Positions 21,448 to 30,638 of a DNA stretch of 64,000 nt are shown here, one piece after another. The translations under genes were made by a program, and so were the position numbers. Source of the stretch: an uncultured delta proteobacterium (GTDB lineage: Bacteria; Myxococcota_A; Polyangia; Haliangiales; Haliangiaceae); NCBI GenBank assembly GCA_963848295.1, contig CAWKDB010000010.1:2624001-2688000 (forward strand), written 5' to 3'. Within the stretch, counting starts at the first letter, position 1; the number at the start of each line of letters is the position of its first letter. Under the pieces are notes generated by a model, which saw nothing but the letters and a program-made list of their open reading frames with translations, searched no databases and was not told the DNA's origin.

Positions 21448-22677
21448 GTGGCTTCAGATCGTTCACGGCGGCACGGCGGTACCTTGGGACAGGGTTGGCC
21501 GCCGCTGACCTACGAGACTCTACCGTGGACCGCTCGATACGAGACCTACGCAACCTCACGCAGCGAGCGCAAGAAGCATCAGGGGCCGTACCAAGCCGCG
21601 ATTCCGCCCAAGATCCTAAACGCCAATCTCGAGCTTCCCGGGGGACCCGCAGCAAAGGTTGGAGAAGCATCCGCGGAGCTTGCTCGTTTCGACGAGCTCA
21701 TGGGCGGTGAGATTGCCCACTTCTCCGCAATCCTTCTGCGCAGCGAGTCAGCCGCCAGCTCGCGTATCGAGAACCTCACCGCATCCGCACGAGCGATCGC
21801 CGAGGCCGAGATCGGGACCTCACATCGAAAGAATGCAGCTGAGATCGTGGCCAACACCCGCGCCATGATCGCCGCGTTGGACCTATCCGGACGTATCAGC
21901 AGCGCCTCGGTCCTCGCTATGCACCGCGCGCTGATGAGTGAAACCGATCCGATCAACGCGGGGCACTGGCGCACCGAGCAGGTGTGGATCGGCGGCGGGA
22001 ACTTGGGGCCTCACCTGGCGCTCTTCATTCCGCCTCATCACGATCGTGTCGCCGACGCGATCGCTGATCTCATGAAATTCATCGAGCGAGACGATCTGCC
22101 AGTGCTTGCACATGCCGCGCTGGCGCATGCCCAGTTCGAAACCATCCATCCCTTCACTGACGGCAACGGGAGAACAGGCCGCGCCTTGGTTCAAGCAATG
22201 CTTCGCCACGGACAACTCACCCGCAACGTGACTGTTCCGGTGTCGGCGGGCCTTCTCTCCGACACCAGAGCGTACTTCGACGCGCTGACCGCGTACCGTC
22301 TCGGAGATCCGATCCCCATCGTGGCCCGGTTTGCGGAGGCTGCTTTCAAGGCGGTGGCCAACGGTCGCGTACTAGTCGACGAGCTACGTCAGATCCGCCA
22401 ACGTTGGCGACAGCTCATCAAAGCGCGCAGCGACTCCGCGGTCTGGCGACTCGTCGACCTGCTCCTGCGCCGGCCCGTCGTGAACGCGCGTGTGGTCGCC
22501 GAGGAGCTCGGCCTGGACGCCGGTAACGTTCACCGCTACATCAAGCCGCTGTTCGACGCCGAGATCCTCGTGGAGTCTCTCGACGTCAAGCGCAACCAGG
22601 TGTGGCGCGCGGCAGGGCTCCTGGCCGCCCTCGACGCCTTCGCTGCACGAGCCGGCCGTCGCACACATGCGCTCTGA
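21448..22677 (+). CDS. Fic-domain protein with a probable C-terminal HTH
   Basis: Canonical Fic motif HPFTDGNGRTGR; inhibitory-helix-like ASSRIENL upstream; start codon uncertain. Confidence 0.9.
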   Translation: MASDRSRRHGGTLGQGWPPLTYETLPWTARYETYATSRSERKKHQGPYQAAIPPKILNANLELPGGPAAKVGEASAELARFDELMGGEIAHFSAILLRSESAASSRIENLTASARAIAEAEIGTSHRKNAAEIVANTRAMIAALDLSGRISSASVLAMHRALMSETDPINAGHWRTEQVWIGGGNLGPHLALFIPPHHDRVADAIADLMKFIERDDLPVLAHAALAHAQFETIHPFTDGNGRTGRALVQAMLRHGQLTRNVTVPVSAGLLSDTRAYFDALTAYRLGDPIPIVARFAEAAFKAVANGRVLVDELRQIRQRWRQLIKARSDSAVWRLVDLLLRRPVVNARVVAEELGLDAGNVHRYIKPLFDAEILVESLDVKRNQVWRAAGLLAALDAFAARAGRRTHAL

Positions 22678-22695
22678 GCCAGGAAGTCAACGAGA

Positions 22696-22864
22696 GCGGC
22701 CGCGCGCGGCCAGGGCGGGGCCGGCGGGTCCCAAGCGCGCAACTTCCAAGCCGGTCATCATGCGTCGGCGTAGCAAAACGCGATGCACTGCCCGTGGTCC
22801 CGCACCGCCCACCGCGCGCCGCGCGCAGGGACCCGTCGAGCACCGCTCCAGCGCGCGCGGCCGC
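22696..22864. repeat. ~170-bp foldback with ~45-bp imperfect terminal inverted repeats
   Basis: GCGGCCGCGCGCG (22696-22708) pairs with 22852-22864; CGGCGGGTCCC..GCGCGC (22722-22740) pairs with GCGCGC.GGGACCCGTCG (22821-22838). Confidence 0.45.
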
Positions 22865-22878
22865 GAGCGCTAGATCCA

Positions 22879-23170
22879 GTCGGGTTGCCCCGGGTGTGAC
22901 CCGGGGCTCCCACAGATCCGGACGTGCCGATTTCCGGCATCCGGCTCTTCGTCCACGGGTTCGCTACGTCCGGTAGACGCTATGGACGACCTTGGGTGGC
23001 GGAAGCGGATATCGCTCCAGCACGCGCATGAATCGTGGCCACGGCATCGCACCGCGTCCTGTCCGTCGGTGCAGCCACTTCTGCCAGACATGCGTCACCT
23101 CGTAGAAGAAACGCGAGAGCACGTTGGCGTTTCCGGTGATGCCGTAATAGCCGTAGTGCCCGCGAAGCAA
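22879..23170 (-). mobile_element. 5'-truncated group II intron: C-terminus of the RT/maturase plus RNA domains V and VI
   Basis: Minus strand: LRGHYGYYGITGN...WQKWLHRR...W.RF.RVLERYPLPPPKVVH* (maturase domain X, stop at 22964); DV GAGCCGGATGCCGGAAATCGGCACGTCCGGATC (22947-22915, AGC triad); DVI GGGAGCCCCGGGT-CAC-ACCCGGGGCAACCCGAC ending in AC at 22879. Confidence 0.9.
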
Positions 23171-23473
23171 CGCTCGATCGAGTTCCTCGCGCTGGCACTG
23201 GAGATCATCGGCGAGCTTCCGAAGGGTCATGCCGAGCTTGCCGATCAGCTGGTCCGCGCCGCGCAGTCGCAACCTCGTAACATCGCCGAGGGTGCGGGTC
23301 GTCGCACGAACGTCGACCAGGCTCGCTTCTACACGCGCGCGCGCGGCTCCGCGATGGAGGCCGCAGCGGCTTTGGACACGATGCGAGTCATGAAGTTGGT
23401 CGGCGAGACGACCTACGCGCGCGGCATCGATCCACTTGAAGGCATCGTGGCGATGCTCACCAAGATGACCTGA
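23168..23473 (+). pseudogene. Four-helix-bundle protein (23S rRNA IVP/Avd-like superfamily) lacking its 5' end
   Basis: QRSIEFLALA...LADQLVRAAQSQPRNIAEGAGR...FY..ARGSAMEAAAALD...IVAMLTKM*. The usual N-terminal residues and start codon are replaced by the antisense intron fragment. Confidence 0.8.
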
Positions 23474-23477
23474 TCGG

Positions 23478-23507
23478 GTCGACGTCAATGTCGAGGTCAA
23501 GGTCAAC
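23478..23507. repeat. Five degenerate GTCRAN hexamers immediately downstream of the four-helix-bundle gene
   Basis: GTCGAC GTCAAT GTCGAG GTCAAG GTCAAC. Confidence 0.6.
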
Positions 23508-23531
23508 GCACTTATCTGAGCGGCATTGCCG

Positions 23532-26500
23532 CTAGATAGGCGACACGCCGATCGCGAGCGACAGGATCGCGGTGAGGCCCGGGTTGTAGAACGTATCGGT
23601 AGCCGGCGTGTCGATCGTCGAGCCGCTGGTGCCGCGGATCGTGAGGGTCAGCGCACTGAGCGCACCGAACTGATAGCTCGTGGTGAGCAGCGCGGTGCCG
23701 CGCGCCGCGACGGTGTCGGCTTCGAGCACGAGCGTGCTGCGCGCGAGCGGGCTGTAGGCGACGCTCGCGCTAAGCGAGAAGTCGTGGCCGTAGAAGTCCT
23801 GGCCGGGAAACTTCAGGAGATAGAAGATGTAGTTGAGCCGGGTCGTGAGCCGGCCGAGGTTGAGGCCGACCATGCCGCCGGGCGCACGCCGCGTGCCGCT
23901 GTACAGATCGCCGCCGCTGTAGTGGATGCCGTAGACGAACGTGCGATTCGGCGGGCATGTGAGATCGAACTGCGTGCCGAGCGGGTGATAGAGCCCCGGC
24001 TGCACCGTGATCCGGCTGCCGATCTGAAACGCGGTGAGGACGTTCTCGCTCGCCGGCTGGACTTGCACCGACACCAGCGAGCCTTCGATCGTCTGCAGCG
24101 ACGCGGCGATCACCGACCGGCGATAGACCAGCGTATCGTCGTCGCGCTCGCGCACGATCGACATCTGGCCCTCGAGGTAGACCTGTTCGACGAGATCGCT
24201 GCGCACGACCGGCGTGTAGCCGCCCGCGATCGTCTCGGCGCGAATGCCGGTCTGCGGGAAGTAGCCGAGCGGCGCGACGAACGCGTCGCCGATGTCGAGC
24301 AGCGTGCCCTTGACGTAGACGTCTTGGCTCTTCCAGCCGACCGTGCCTTCGCCCGCGGCGCTGGTCGCCGACGGTGCGCCCGTCGTCGGGCTGCCCTGCG
24401 AGCCGGCGTAGAATCCGGTGAGCTGGAGGTGGCGATCGAACGCGGAGAACTGACCGTCGACGCCGGCCGAGCCGTAGCCATCGGAGTCGCCCGCGCGGCC
24501 CAGGATGATCGCGCCGATGCGCTGGCCGGCGAACGATTCGGTGACCCGGCCGACCGTCGCGTTGTCGGACAAGATGACGCCGGGTTTCGGCTGCACGGTC
24601 TCGACGTTCATCAGTGCCGCCTCGGTGCCGCCATCGCGGAACACCGACTTCACGCCCCACAAGATCGGCACGATCTGGGTGAGGCCCTGCGCGTTCGTGA
24701 CCAGGCCGAGCTGGCGCGAATAGAACAGCTGCGCGCCGGGATCGCCGAAGAAGTAGCGCGTGCCGCCGAACGTGAACCGCGCGTTGTCCTCGGCGAAGAA
24801 CGGTCGCGCCTCGGGATACTCGATCTCGAACCGGTCGAAGTTCGCGAGCGCGGCGTCGGGATTGACCGCCGAGAAGTCCGGGTTGAACGTGGCGTCGAGC
24901 CGGAACGGCCCGGGTGGCCGCAGTCGCATGTAGACGCCGGCGTAGAGCCGCGCCTGGATGCCGCTGCCGGTGAAGTCGGTGAGCTGCGATTGCGGCGTCG
25001 CGGTCGAGTCGAACGCGGCGGCGCCGTACGGCAGCAACAGCAAGCGCTGGCCCGGATGAACGCTCGACAACCCTTCGACGTGGCCGAAGAAGTTGACGTC
25101 GTAGAGCTCGGTCGCAGGCGGATGTAGTGCCCACAGCAACGTATCGCCGCTGAGCGGCTCGTGACGCGCGAAGTTGATGCCGATGTCGAACGCGCCGTCG
25201 TGGCTCGGCATGTACATCGTGCCCCACGGGATCGAGAACTCGGCGGTCCAGCCGTCGGCGGTGAACGCGGTCGCGACGTCCCAGATGCCGTGCCAGTCGA
25301 GGTTCTGCGCCGAGCCTTGATCGCTGAGCTCGGCGTCGGCGCGCACGCCTGCCGGTGACACCGCGAATTGATAGGCGCCGGTGTGGCCGTGGATCGCATC
25401 GACGAGCACCGAGATGTTCTCGGACTCGGCGAGCAACGAGGTCTCGTCGCCGGCGTATTCGTCGTTCGGCGGGCGCGGCTTCGAGTAGCGGCAGTGCACG
25501 CCGACGTAGAGGTTCTTGTCGTCGTACGCGATCTGGATCGAGGTCGGCTGCTTCGCGATCTTGCCGTAGGGCTTGCTCTTCGTCGAAAAAAACCGATCGT
25601 CCTCGGGCGCGAGCTTCCACACCGGATCATCGAGCACGCCGTCGATCACCGGCGGGCGCTCGGCGCGGATCGCGGTGTAGTTCTTCGAGCCGTGCGGGAT
25701 GCTCCACGGGCCTTCTTCGACCGCGCCGTCGTCGCCGTCGTCGCCCTCGCCCTTGTCGGCGTTGCCCTTGTCGGCGTTGCCCTTGTCGGCGTTGCCCTTG
25801 TCGGCGTTGCCCTTGTCGGCGTTGCCCTTGTCGGCGTTGCCCTTGTCGGCTTGATCGGGTTTCAGCGCCGGCATCGGTCCCTCGGCGACCTTGACGACCT
25901 TCTCGACCGTCGCGAGCCGGTTGTCGTGGCTGTCGAGCAGCTCGAGCCGCAACGCGATCGTCGTGCCCGATTGCGCGACGTCACCGGGGATCGCGACCTC
26001 GACGTGCGCCGCCGCGGGTTCGACGGTGTCGAACGTCTTGCCCCCGGGCTCGGTCGCCGCGACCCGCACGAGCGAGACCAGGCCGGCTTGATCCTCGGCC
26101 ATCTCGGCGGTGACCTTGAACGTCTCGCCGGGCTTGACGTCGCCGGGCGCGCCGACGTCGAAGTGGTACGCACCGATCGCCTCCTGCTTCTTGCGCGCTT
26201 GATCGGCGATCTTCGCGGCGCGCGGGCCGGAGTGCGGCGGCACGACGAACTTCGGATCGATCAACGCCGCCTGCTCGAACGCGCGTTCGGCGCCCTCGGC
26301 CTTGCCGAGCACGACAAGCGTCACGCCGAGATCGACGTAGGCGGTGAGCGTCGCCGCGCGACTCAGGCCGCCGCGGGTCAGCGCGTTATCGAACAGCGCC
26401 TCGGCCTGCTTGTACTGGCCGGCTTCGAACGCCTGGATGCCGCGCGTCAGTGCATCGAGGCCGGGGATCTCGGCGCCCGCGCGCACGGCCAGTGCCACGA

Positions 26501-26537
26501 CCACGCAGAGGGAGAGCCCGAGAACCCGGCGAGCCAC
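23532..26537 (-). CDS. Exported protein: TPR-like N-terminus, Ig-like segment, repeat linker, CBM9-like sugar-binding domain and DUF5916-like beta-barrel
   Basis: Signal peptide; PPVIDGVLDDPVW...YDDKNLY...GWTAEFSIPW (CBM9-like); LDATFNPDFSAV...PEARPFFAE...LFYSRQLG (DUF5916-like). Confidence 0.7.
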   Translation of the reverse strand: MARRVLGLSLCVVVALAVRAGAEIPGLDALTRGIQAFEAGQYKQAEALFDNALTRGGLSRAATLTAYVDLGVTLVVLGKAEGAERAFEQAALIDPKFVVPPHSGPRAAKIADQARKKQEAIGAYHFDVGAPGDVKPGETFKVTAEMAEDQAGLVSLVRVAATEPGGKTFDTVEPAAAHVEVAIPGDVAQSGTTIALRLELLDSHDNRLATVEKVVKVAEGPMPALKPDQADKGNADKGNADKGNADKGNADKGNADKGNADKGEGDDGDDGAVEEGPWSIPHGSKNYTAIRAERPPVIDGVLDDPVWKLAPEDDRFFSTKSKPYGKIAKQPTSIQIAYDDKNLYVGVHCRYSKPRPPNDEYAGDETSLLAESENISVLVDAIHGHTGAYQFAVSPAGVRADAELSDQGSAQNLDWHGIWDVATAFTADGWTAEFSIPWGTMYMPSHDGAFDIGINFARHEPLSGDTLLWALHPPATELYDVNFFGHVEGLSSVHPGQRLLLLPYGAAAFDSTATPQSQLTDFTGSGIQARLYAGVYMRLRPPGPFRLDATFNPDFSAVNPDAALANFDRFEIEYPEARPFFAEDNARFTFGGTRYFFGDPGAQLFYSRQLGLVTNAQGLTQIVPILWGVKSVFRDGGTEAALMNVETVQPKPGVILSDNATVGRVTESFAGQRIGAIILGRAGDSDGYGSAGVDGQFSAFDRHLQLTGFYAGSQGSPTTGAPSATSAAGEGTVGWKSQDVYVKGTLLDIGDAFVAPLGYFPQTGIRAETIAGGYTPVVRSDLVEQVYLEGQMSIVRERDDDTLVYRRSVIAASLQTIEGSLVSVQVQPASENVLTAFQIGSRITVQPGLYHPLGTQFDLTCPPNRTFVYGIHYSGGDLYSGTRRAPGGMVGLNLGRLTTRLNYIFYLLKFPGQDFYGHDFSLSASVAYSPLARSTLVLEADTVAARGTALLTTSYQFGALSALTLTIRGTSGSTIDTPATDTFYNPGLTAILSLAIGVSPI
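25749..25850. repeat. Perfect 15-bp tandem repeat, ~6.8 copies, encoding (NADKG)n
   Basis: GCCCTTGTCGGCGTT repeated from 25749 at 15-bp intervals. Confidence 0.95.
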
Positions 26538-26543
26538 GCTGCG

Positions 26544-27872
26544 CTAATTGTGCCCCATCGTCGCCCGGCACGTCTTCGTGTAGAGGTCGCGAAACACGTT
26601 GCGCGGGTCGGTGATCGCTTTGACCGCGTCGTAGTCCGGCTTGTTGAAGATCGACCAGAACTCGGCTTCGCCGTAGTAGTTGTGGGCGATCAGCGTCTTG
26701 ATCCCGCCGAGCTCGACGAGCTTCTGCTCGATCATGCGATGCACGTTGCGGTCGCCGTGCTGGCGCAGCCCGTAGATCGCGAGATCGAGGAACATGTCGT
26801 CGCGCAGCTGCTGCCAGTACGCCGGGCGCAGCCACTCGTAGTCGTGGACGCGGCGATACGGCACGCACCACAACGGGTAGAAGTTGATCTCGCGCTCGTA
26901 CCACTCCAGAAACGCCGGCACCTTCGAGACCGGCACGAATACGTCGAGCGTGACCGTCGGCCTCTTGTCGCTGAGCAACCAGTGCAGCTTGTCGCCGAGC
27001 CGCAGCCATCGCGACGACGACATCAGCTTGCCGAACAGCAGCCGACCGATGAACGACTTCGGGCGAACGTTCGTGACGCCGCGATCGTAGCGAAAGAAAT
27101 AGTCGGTGGTCGTCAGGTAGTCGTCGCGCCGGGTCCGCGTGCTCAGGTAGTAGACCTTCAGCCAGTCGTAGCGAGTCGTATAGGGCGCGGTCGCGACGAA
27201 CCGGCCGACGCTGAGCACGTAGCAGCTCGGCGAATGGATGATGCCGTCCATGAAGTCGACATCGCGGCGCTTCGCGTGCGCGGCGATCGCCGCTTGATAC
27301 GCGTCGAGCGTCGCGTGGGTCTCGTAGACGACATGGACGAACCGCTCGGCGGGGACGAGCTTGAATGTCAGCTTCGCGAGGATGCCGAGCGTGCCGAACG
27401 CGCCGTGCACCATCTGAAACACGAGGTGATGCTCGTTATCGGGCGTGCATACGAGCGTCTCACCGGTCGCGGTGATGACCTCGTACTCGAGGCAGGTGTC
27501 GTGAAAGCCGCCGTGGACGAACGACGTCGACTCGATCGAGCACCCCGCGACCGCGCCGCCGATCGTGATGGTCTTGAGCTCGGGCACGACGATCGGCACG
27601 AGGCCGTGGGCGAGCGTCGCGGCGACGAGGTCGACGAACGTCACACCCGATTCGGCGATGCAGACTCGGTTAGCCGCGTCGATCTCGAGGATCTCGGTCA
27701 GGTCCGAGATGTCGAGCTTCGCGTCTCGGCGGCGAAGGTCGGTCGCCTTCGGCACCTGGTGAGAAACCGATTTCTTGCGCAGCGATAGCGGTCGAGTCGG
27801 GTCGTGCGCGGCGAGCGCTCGTGCGATGCGCGCGACCTTGTCGGCGTGGCGGCGGTTGGTCGCGGCGTCCAT
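26544..27872 (-). CDS. FAD-binding oxidoreductase (FAD_binding_4; DHCR24/BfaA-TmsA-like)
   Basis: VVPELKTITIGGAVAGCSIESTSF, GAFGTLG, DYFFRYDRG, PLWCVP, C-terminal DP...F.DLY.K; start taken at MDAATN. Confidence 0.75.
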   Translation of the reverse strand: MDAATNRRHADKVARIARALAAHDPTRPLSLRKKSVSHQVPKATDLRRRDAKLDISDLTEILEIDAANRVCIAESGVTFVDLVAATLAHGLVPIVVPELKTITIGGAVAGCSIESTSFVHGGFHDTCLEYEVITATGETLVCTPDNEHHLVFQMVHGAFGTLGILAKLTFKLVPAERFVHVVYETHATLDAYQAAIAAHAKRRDVDFMDGIIHSPSCYVLSVGRFVATAPYTTRYDWLKVYYLSTRTRRDDYLTTTDYFFRYDRGVTNVRPKSFIGRLLFGKLMSSSRWLRLGDKLHWLLSDKRPTVTLDVFVPVSKVPAFLEWYEREINFYPLWCVPYRRVHDYEWLRPAYWQQLRDDMFLDLAIYGLRQHGDRNVHRMIEQKLVELGGIKTLIAHNYYGEAEFWSIFNKPDYDAVKAITDPRNVFRDLYTKTCRATMGHN

Positions 27873-27993
27873 CGCCTCACGATGCCACGGTCGTCGGGTA
27901 CGCGTCAGGTAACCGACGCCTCGGTTATCGACGGGGATGCCGCGCTCGATGTGGTCTAGGCGCACGGCTGAAAACTCGGTACGAAGTCCTATC

Positions 27994-29070
27994 GTGCAAC
28001 GCAACAACGAACGATACGCGCTGGATCACGTCGTCGAGCTGCTCGCGCCGGGCTATCGCCATCGCGTCGCGATGCACGATGTCTCGCACAAGGGCATGTT
28101 CATCGCCGCGCCCGCGCCACTGCCGGTCGGTGCGCGGATGGCGATCGCGTTCGAGGACGACGGTGGTCGCGTGATCAGCGCGGCGCGGGTGACCCATTGC
28201 CTCGCCGACAACGACGCGCGCGAGCTCGCTCGCTCCCCCGGCATCGGCATCGCGTTCACCGACCCGAGCGAGCGGTTCTCGAACGCGGTCGACCGCCTCG
28301 TCAAGCGCGCGCGCACGCCGGCGACCACTCGGCTGCGCATCGTCGCGGGCGCAGCCGAGCCCCGCTTGCTCGAGCGACTGTCGACCGCGCTCGCCGCGCT
28401 CGGCTTCGACGTCGCGACCGCCGCGACCGGGACGGAGTTGCTCGCCGCGTGCGAGCGCCGCACCCCGAACGTCGTGCTCGTCGATCGCGCACTGCCGATG
28501 TTCGATGGCTTCCAGATCCTCGAGCGCATCGCGTGTCACGATCAGCTGTGCGCGGTGCCGGTGATCGTGATGTCGAGCGATCCTGCCGACCTCGCCCCTG
28601 CGTTCGAGCGCGGCGCCGCCGATTTCATCGCGAAGCCGTTCACGATCCCCGAGGTCACCGCGCGGACGAGCCGGGTCGCGCGACACGACGAGCCGGTCGC
28701 GATGTCGGGGAGCTTGACCCACCTCGGCCTGCCCGCGCTGCTCACGATGCTCGAGATGGAGCGGACGTCGGGCCGGCTCGTGCTCGCGAACGGTCACGCG
28801 GGTTGGATCGATCTGCACAACGGCCGCGTCGTCGGCGCCGGTTGGTCGCGCGGCGAAGGCAAGCCCGCCGACATCGCGATGGAGCTGCTCGATTGGCGCC
28901 ACGGCACGTTCAAGCTGTCGCCGTCGAGCACGGTCCGGAATTCGGACATGGCCCTCCCGATCACCGGCCTGCTCCTCGAGCGCGCGCGGCTGACCGACGA
29001 AGCCTCGCGACCGCATCTGCGGCCGAAGAAGCCGACGACGGTCCCGCCACCGCGTCTTGTCGTCGGGTAG
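27994..29070 (+). CDS. PilZ + receiver + DUF4388 signalling protein
   Basis: RxxxR (RNNER) and DVSHKG PilZ motifs; VLVDRALPMFDG...AKPF receiver; MSGSLTHLGLPALLTMLEMERTSG DUF4388-like start; GTG start inferred. Confidence 0.8.
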   Translation: MQRNNERYALDHVVELLAPGYRHRVAMHDVSHKGMFIAAPAPLPVGARMAIAFEDDGGRVISAARVTHCLADNDARELARSPGIGIAFTDPSERFSNAVDRLVKRARTPATTRLRIVAGAAEPRLLERLSTALAALGFDVATAATGTELLAACERRTPNVVLVDRALPMFDGFQILERIACHDQLCAVPVIVMSSDPADLAPAFERGAADFIAKPFTIPEVTARTSRVARHDEPVAMSGSLTHLGLPALLTMLEMERTSGRLVLANGHAGWIDLHNGRVVGAGWSRGEGKPADIAMELLDWRHGTFKLSPSSTVRNSDMALPITGLLLERARLTDEASRPHLRPKKPTTVPPPRLVVG

Positions 29071-29338
29071 CGCGACCGGCGTGTTAGAGCTGACCTCGGG
29101 CTTACCCGCCGACATCGGGCGCTGGGTGTGCATCGAGTGGCTCGTCACGCCGGGCTCGATGACGATGTGGATCGACGACGCGATCGTCAGCGGCCTCGAC
29201 GACGTCGCGTGGACCACGCCGGCGTCGGCGAACCGGGTGTCGCTCGGGCTGCAGTATACAAGCGGCGATGCGGCGCCGATCGATCTGTGGCTCGACGAGG
29301 TGATCGTCGATTCCGCCCCGATCGGCTGCACGAAGTAG
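29071..29338 (+). pseudogene. Probable orphan C-terminal fragment of a beta-sandwich (lectin/lyase-like) protein
   Basis: RWVCIEWLV...WIDD...LWLDEVIVDSAPIGCTK* reads like a real protein C-terminus, but there is no room for an N-terminus or a convincing start. Confidence 0.45.
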
Positions 29339-29381
29339 GCTATCGCACCCGCCGCTAGGTGCTCCCGCACGATCTGCTACG

Positions 29382-30638
29382 ATGCCGCTGGCGATGGTGG
29401 CGAGCGATCTCCGACCCGAACGGGACCCGAAGCGGATCGCGGACTTGGTGCTCGCGACCGCGGTCGGCGCCGGAGCCGATGCGGTGTTCGTCGAGCCGAG
29501 CGCCGGCCAGTACGCGATCACGGTCGAGCGCGGTACGAAGGTCGTCGCGACCGCGGCGCTCGAAGCCGGGCTCGGCGCGGCCGTCGTCGCTCGCTTGGGG
29601 TTCGTCGCCGAGCTCGACGTCGCGACGCCGCACGCGGTGAGCGGAGTCGTCCCGGTGCGTTCGGGCGACCGCGAAGCACACGTGGTCATCACGCTGCGTC
29701 CGGGCGCGGATGTCCGCGCCGACTTGATGGTGATCCGGCCCAAGCCACGCGCCGCCGCGCCCTACGGACCGATCGCCGGCGACGTGCTTGGACCGTATCG
29801 CGTCGTCGAGAAGCTCGGCGCCGGCGGCATGGGCACCGTGTTCCGCGTCGATCACGTCACGCTCGGTCGCGCGTTCGCGCTCAAGGTGTTGAGGCCGAAA
29901 GTGCTCGAGCGCCACCCGGAAGCCGGCGAGCGCTTCCTGCGCGAAGCGCGCACCGCGGCGCGGGTTCGCCACGCGAACATCGTCGACGTCGTCGACTTCG
30001 GTCATGTGCCCGACGGCCGGCCGTATCTCGTGATGGAGCTGCTCGAAGGCGAGTCGCTGTCGGCCCGGGTCGCGCGGGGCGCGCTCCCGCACGACGACGT
30101 CATGACGGTCGCACACCAACTCGCAGACGCGCTCGCCGCGGCGCACGACTCCGGCATCGTCCACGCAGACGTCACACCGGCGAACGTCTTCGTCCGCGGC
30201 GAAGGCAAGGACGCGCTCCTCAAGCTGCTCGACTTCGGGCTCGCCGAGCTGATCGGCGAAGACTTGCGCGACGAGCCGGTGGATACCGTCCACGGCACCC
30301 CGCACTACATCTCGCCCGAGCAGCTGCGAGGCCAGTCGCCGACCGATCGCTCGGACCAATACTCGCTCGGTGCGGTGATGTTCAAGCTGCTGTGCGGGTT
30401 CCCGCCCTACGAGGCGCCCTCGCTCCACGACCTGTGCATGATGCACTTGCAAGCACCGATTCCGGAGCTGACGTCGCCCCACGGCCCGCTGCCGCAACGG
30501 TTGGTCGATGTCGTCACGACGTGTTTGCAGAAGCATCCGACGAATCGCTTTCCGAGTACGCGCGCGTTGATCGCGGCGCTCAGCGACATCGATCACCTGG
30601 TCGACCGGCGGGGCTGGCGTCGCTGGTTATCGGGATGA
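29382..30638 (+). CDS. Hanks-type Ser/Thr kinase with an N-terminal domain resembling the GspE/PilB N2 domain
   Basis: LGAGGMGTVF, ALKVL, DFG, GTPHYISPEQ, DQYSLG; atypical catalytic loop HADVTPAN. Confidence 0.85.
   Translation: MPLAMVASDLRPERDPKRIADLVLATAVGAGADAVFVEPSAGQYAITVERGTKVVATAALEAGLGAAVVARLGFVAELDVATPHAVSGVVPVRSGDREAHVVITLRPGADVRADLMVIRPKPRAAAPYGPIAGDVLGPYRVVEKLGAGGMGTVFRVDHVTLGRAFALKVLRPKVLERHPEAGERFLREARTAARVRHANIVDVVDFGHVPDGRPYLVMELLEGESLSARVARGALPHDDVMTVAHQLADALAAAHDSGIVHADVTPANVFVRGEGKDALLKLLDFGLAELIGEDLRDEPVDTVHGTPHYISPEQLRGQSPTDRSDQYSLGAVMFKLLCGFPPYEAPSLHDLCMMHLQAPIPELTSPHGPLPQRLVDVVTTCLQKHPTNRFPSTRALIAALSDIDHLVDRRGWRRWLSG

Noticed and set aside
22964..23473. Diversity-generating retroelement (RT fragment beside an Avd-like four-helix bundle)
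   Set aside because: The RT piece is followed by group II intron DV/DVI, the two genes are on opposite strands and both truncated, and no TR/VR pair was seen
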